A DNA stretch of 63,985 nucleotides, counting the filler, from Choristocarpus tenellus KU-1152 (taxonomy: Eukaryota; Protista; Phaeophyceae): NCBI GenBank assembly GCA_964200185.2. It is 6 parts of 6 records of this genome, joined end to end, with 100 filler letters (N's around TTAATTAATTAA, not from the genome) between each part and the next. Parts side by side here need not be neighbours in the genome. Positions count along the whole stretch, not along the records: positions 61,477 to 63,985 come from CAXNAD020027210.1; 5 more parts are not named here. One strand, 5' to 3'. Positions within the stretch are counted from its first letter, which is position 1. Every line of letters starts with the position of its first letter. Positions 63,107 through 63,985 of the stretch are shown here, piece after piece. Position numbers and translations under genes: made by a program. The notes below the pieces were generated by a model, which had not been told where the DNA came from, made no database searches, and saw only the letters and a program-made list of their open reading frames with translations.

Positions 63107-63985
63107 ACTTCTAATTTGTCGTGTGTGTTATCATATTTGTCATGTGACATGAAGCCGCACTGTCCAATATCCATTCTTCTTTCTCGCGGCCAACCCCAAC
63201 ACTTGCCACCAAACATTCGTTTTCCCCACACTTGCCTGGGGCGTTGCTGCTCGGAGAGTCCTCAGTGGCGACCAGTAGTGCGTATCGCTCGTTGTTGCCG
63301 CAGCTGCTGGTACTTTCCACAGTAATTTGGGAAGGATTCGCCTGGATCTCGACCTCTTCTTTCCCAGACTGCACCGTAGTGAAGAACACCGAAGTACATG
63401 TTGTAGCATTATGGGCACGTCCACCACATTTGGTGCAAAAGCGGTTTGGTCAAGCTGTCTTCTCATGTCCATGCTTTCCACGTCTCTCACAAGGAATCTT
63501 CTCGGAACGTTTAGGGTTGGAATTAGAACCATTTTCTTTCTTCCACCATTAAATTTACGTTCGGCCCCGCGACCTTGGCCGTTGCGATGAGATTGACTCT
63601 TCTTCCATTGTGATAAGCTGTTCATAACCAAAGCATGGCTGTTCTTGTGTCTTGAGTCCTCGCCCTGATGAAGGGAAGCATATCGCTCTCTAGCAGTTTT
63701 CTCTACGTCTGCTCAACATAGTGTTCTCTGCGAGGCCATCATACGTATCTCAGTATCGTAATCTGATCCGAGAGCACTCAGGAACTGTAGGAGCAGCAGC
63801 TTGTCTGAGATGACCAGGTCCATTGATTGCGTCCTCCCCTGTAGCTCTTCCAGGTGGTTTAAGGTCAGGATCGGATTCGCCCCCTTCTCCACCTTTGAGG
63901 TGAAAAACTCACGGAACAAATGGGTCAAAGTATCTGGGAGGGGGTGGCGGCTGTCCATTTGGGGTCAATTTTTTCATGTCTCGAT

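Larger units (their letters stand above)
61546..63921 (-). mobile_element. Decayed Ty1/Copia internal region (gag-protease-integrase) with nested insertions
   Basis: gag (FLSALGSDYDTEIR), zinc knuckle (CTKCGGRAHNATTC), protease (EWILDSAASCHMT), GAG-pre-integrase (FHCSYGHAHE..CAGC) and integrase (RVFVDLSG; IIRDDYFR; VRSDNGG; TPADSPQYNGVAER). Confidence 0.92.

Overview
Eukaryotic, intron-rich, repeat-dense DNA. It looks like a flagellated stramenopile, probably a brown-algal lineage, but that is inference. The window is six contigs joined by five artificial 100-bp spacers (N44-TTAATTAATTAA-N44 at 12812-12911, 22900-22999, 29875-29974, 37814-37913 and 61377-61476), so adjacency across spacers is unproven. 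Host genes spliced by hand are TMEM181 (minus strand, about 10-11 exons), a partial gene ending in a beta-adaptin-appendage-like domain, the 5' part of CFAP46 and most of CFAP74 (at least 17 exons). Mobile DNA comprises two decayed Ty1/Copia elements, a solo LTR, a probable Gypsy relic, and about 35 MITE copies in four families. Three of those families share a GAGTCAAAGTA-type terminus, and family A shows mixed 3- and 4-bp TSDs. The best candidate for an undescribed system is 12912-16634. It holds a spliced ParB/Srx-like gene (DGNHR motif plus an HTH-like region) head-to-head with a Sola2-like transposase N-terminus. The two are separated by a 269-bp tandem array carrying a 16-bp palindrome. 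All family assignments are from remembered motifs; no search was run.
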